Below are positions 63,626 to 64,000 of a stretch of DNA of 64,000 nt, one piece after another. The notes under the pieces are model-generated. The model saw only the letters and a program-made list of their open reading frames with translations. It was not told the DNA's origin and did no database searches. The stretch is taken from sequence record MK250027.1; one strand, written 5' to 3'. The position numbers and the translations under genes are program-made. Position 1 is the first letter of the stretch; each line of letters opens with the position of its first letter.

Positions 63626-64000
63626 ATGGAAAAATTAAATTCATTCAAGGAACTGTTTACATGGAATAAAGATGAACAACAAGATTTAGAATTTGAAAAT
63701 CTGAATCTTATAACTGCTGTTTATTCTGCACAACGAATTGATTTGATACGGAGTGAATTTAAACGAACATATAAAGAATTAACAGATTTATTAGATATAA
63801 GGAAATCAAATGAATCGCTGAAAACAAGGATTAATAATTTTAATTCAGAAGATTGGATACATAAAGTATATTCATTGATGAATGCGTCCGTAAAGAAATA
63901 TGATGATTTAATGTATGCGATAAATTTTCATAATATATTATTTCCTGATGAACCTGCATTAGGATTAGATGAAGATGAAATAAAAGTTATAAATCAAATA
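63626..64000 (+). CDS. Hypothetical protein (partial, runs off right edge)
   Basis: Open frame from ATG 63626 after TAAACT-N17-TATAAT at 63571-63599. Confidence 0.7.
   Translation, partial: MEKLNSFKELFTWNKDEQQDLEFENLNLITAVYSAQRIDLIRSEFKRTYKELTDLLDIRKSNESLKTRINNFNSEDWIHKVYSLMNASVKKYDDLMYAINFHNILFPDEPALGLDEDEIKVINQI

Noticed and set aside
1-64000. Bacterial chromosome or integrated prophage
   Set aside because: TAG recoding, a T4-like morphogenesis gene, dense small hypothetical ORFs, no integrase and no housekeeping operons; the host-like genes (S1, sigma, OmpA, NAMPT) are isolated and divergent.

Overview
This 64-kb window is very AT-rich and looks like part of a large lytic Bacteroidota phage genome, consistent with a Lak-like Prevotella megaphage (identity not provable from the sequence alone). 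It uses a reassigned genetic code, TAG = Gln (table 15). Many standard-code ORF fragments fuse into intact genes when TAG is read through, and TAG falls on conserved Gln positions such as the helicase Q-motif and TnpB NQR. Content: Thg1-like polymerase (partial), S1-domain protein, PNK/phosphatase, NAMPT, sigma-70 factor, GH24 lysozyme, three fibre-like paralogues, glycosyltransferases including a pyruvyltransferase fusion, GMP reductase/IMPDH, OmpA, intact code-15 TnpB with an omegaRNA-like end plus an orphan copy of that end, NUDIX, dUTPase, two homing-endonuclease-like genes, T4 gp4-like head-completion nuclease, PARG-like macrodomain, DinG-like helicase, two tRNAs and a 486-nt N gap. Most notable unexplained signals: (1) a self-contained operon of a radical SAM enzyme plus four divergent paralogues that all start MKxQxRxxVFETNSSSTH; (2) a tRNA-like gene with its halves in circularly permuted order; (3) a shared ~25-aa LYESIM...INE helix on a sigma factor, a lysozyme, an ART-like protein and others, a possible capsid-targeting leader; (4) transposase-less TnpB/omegaRNA modules flanked by long direct repeats, one with a guide-side sequence matching the start of the phage ompA. 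All family assignments come from motifs recognised by eye; no database search was run. TAG counts are manual.
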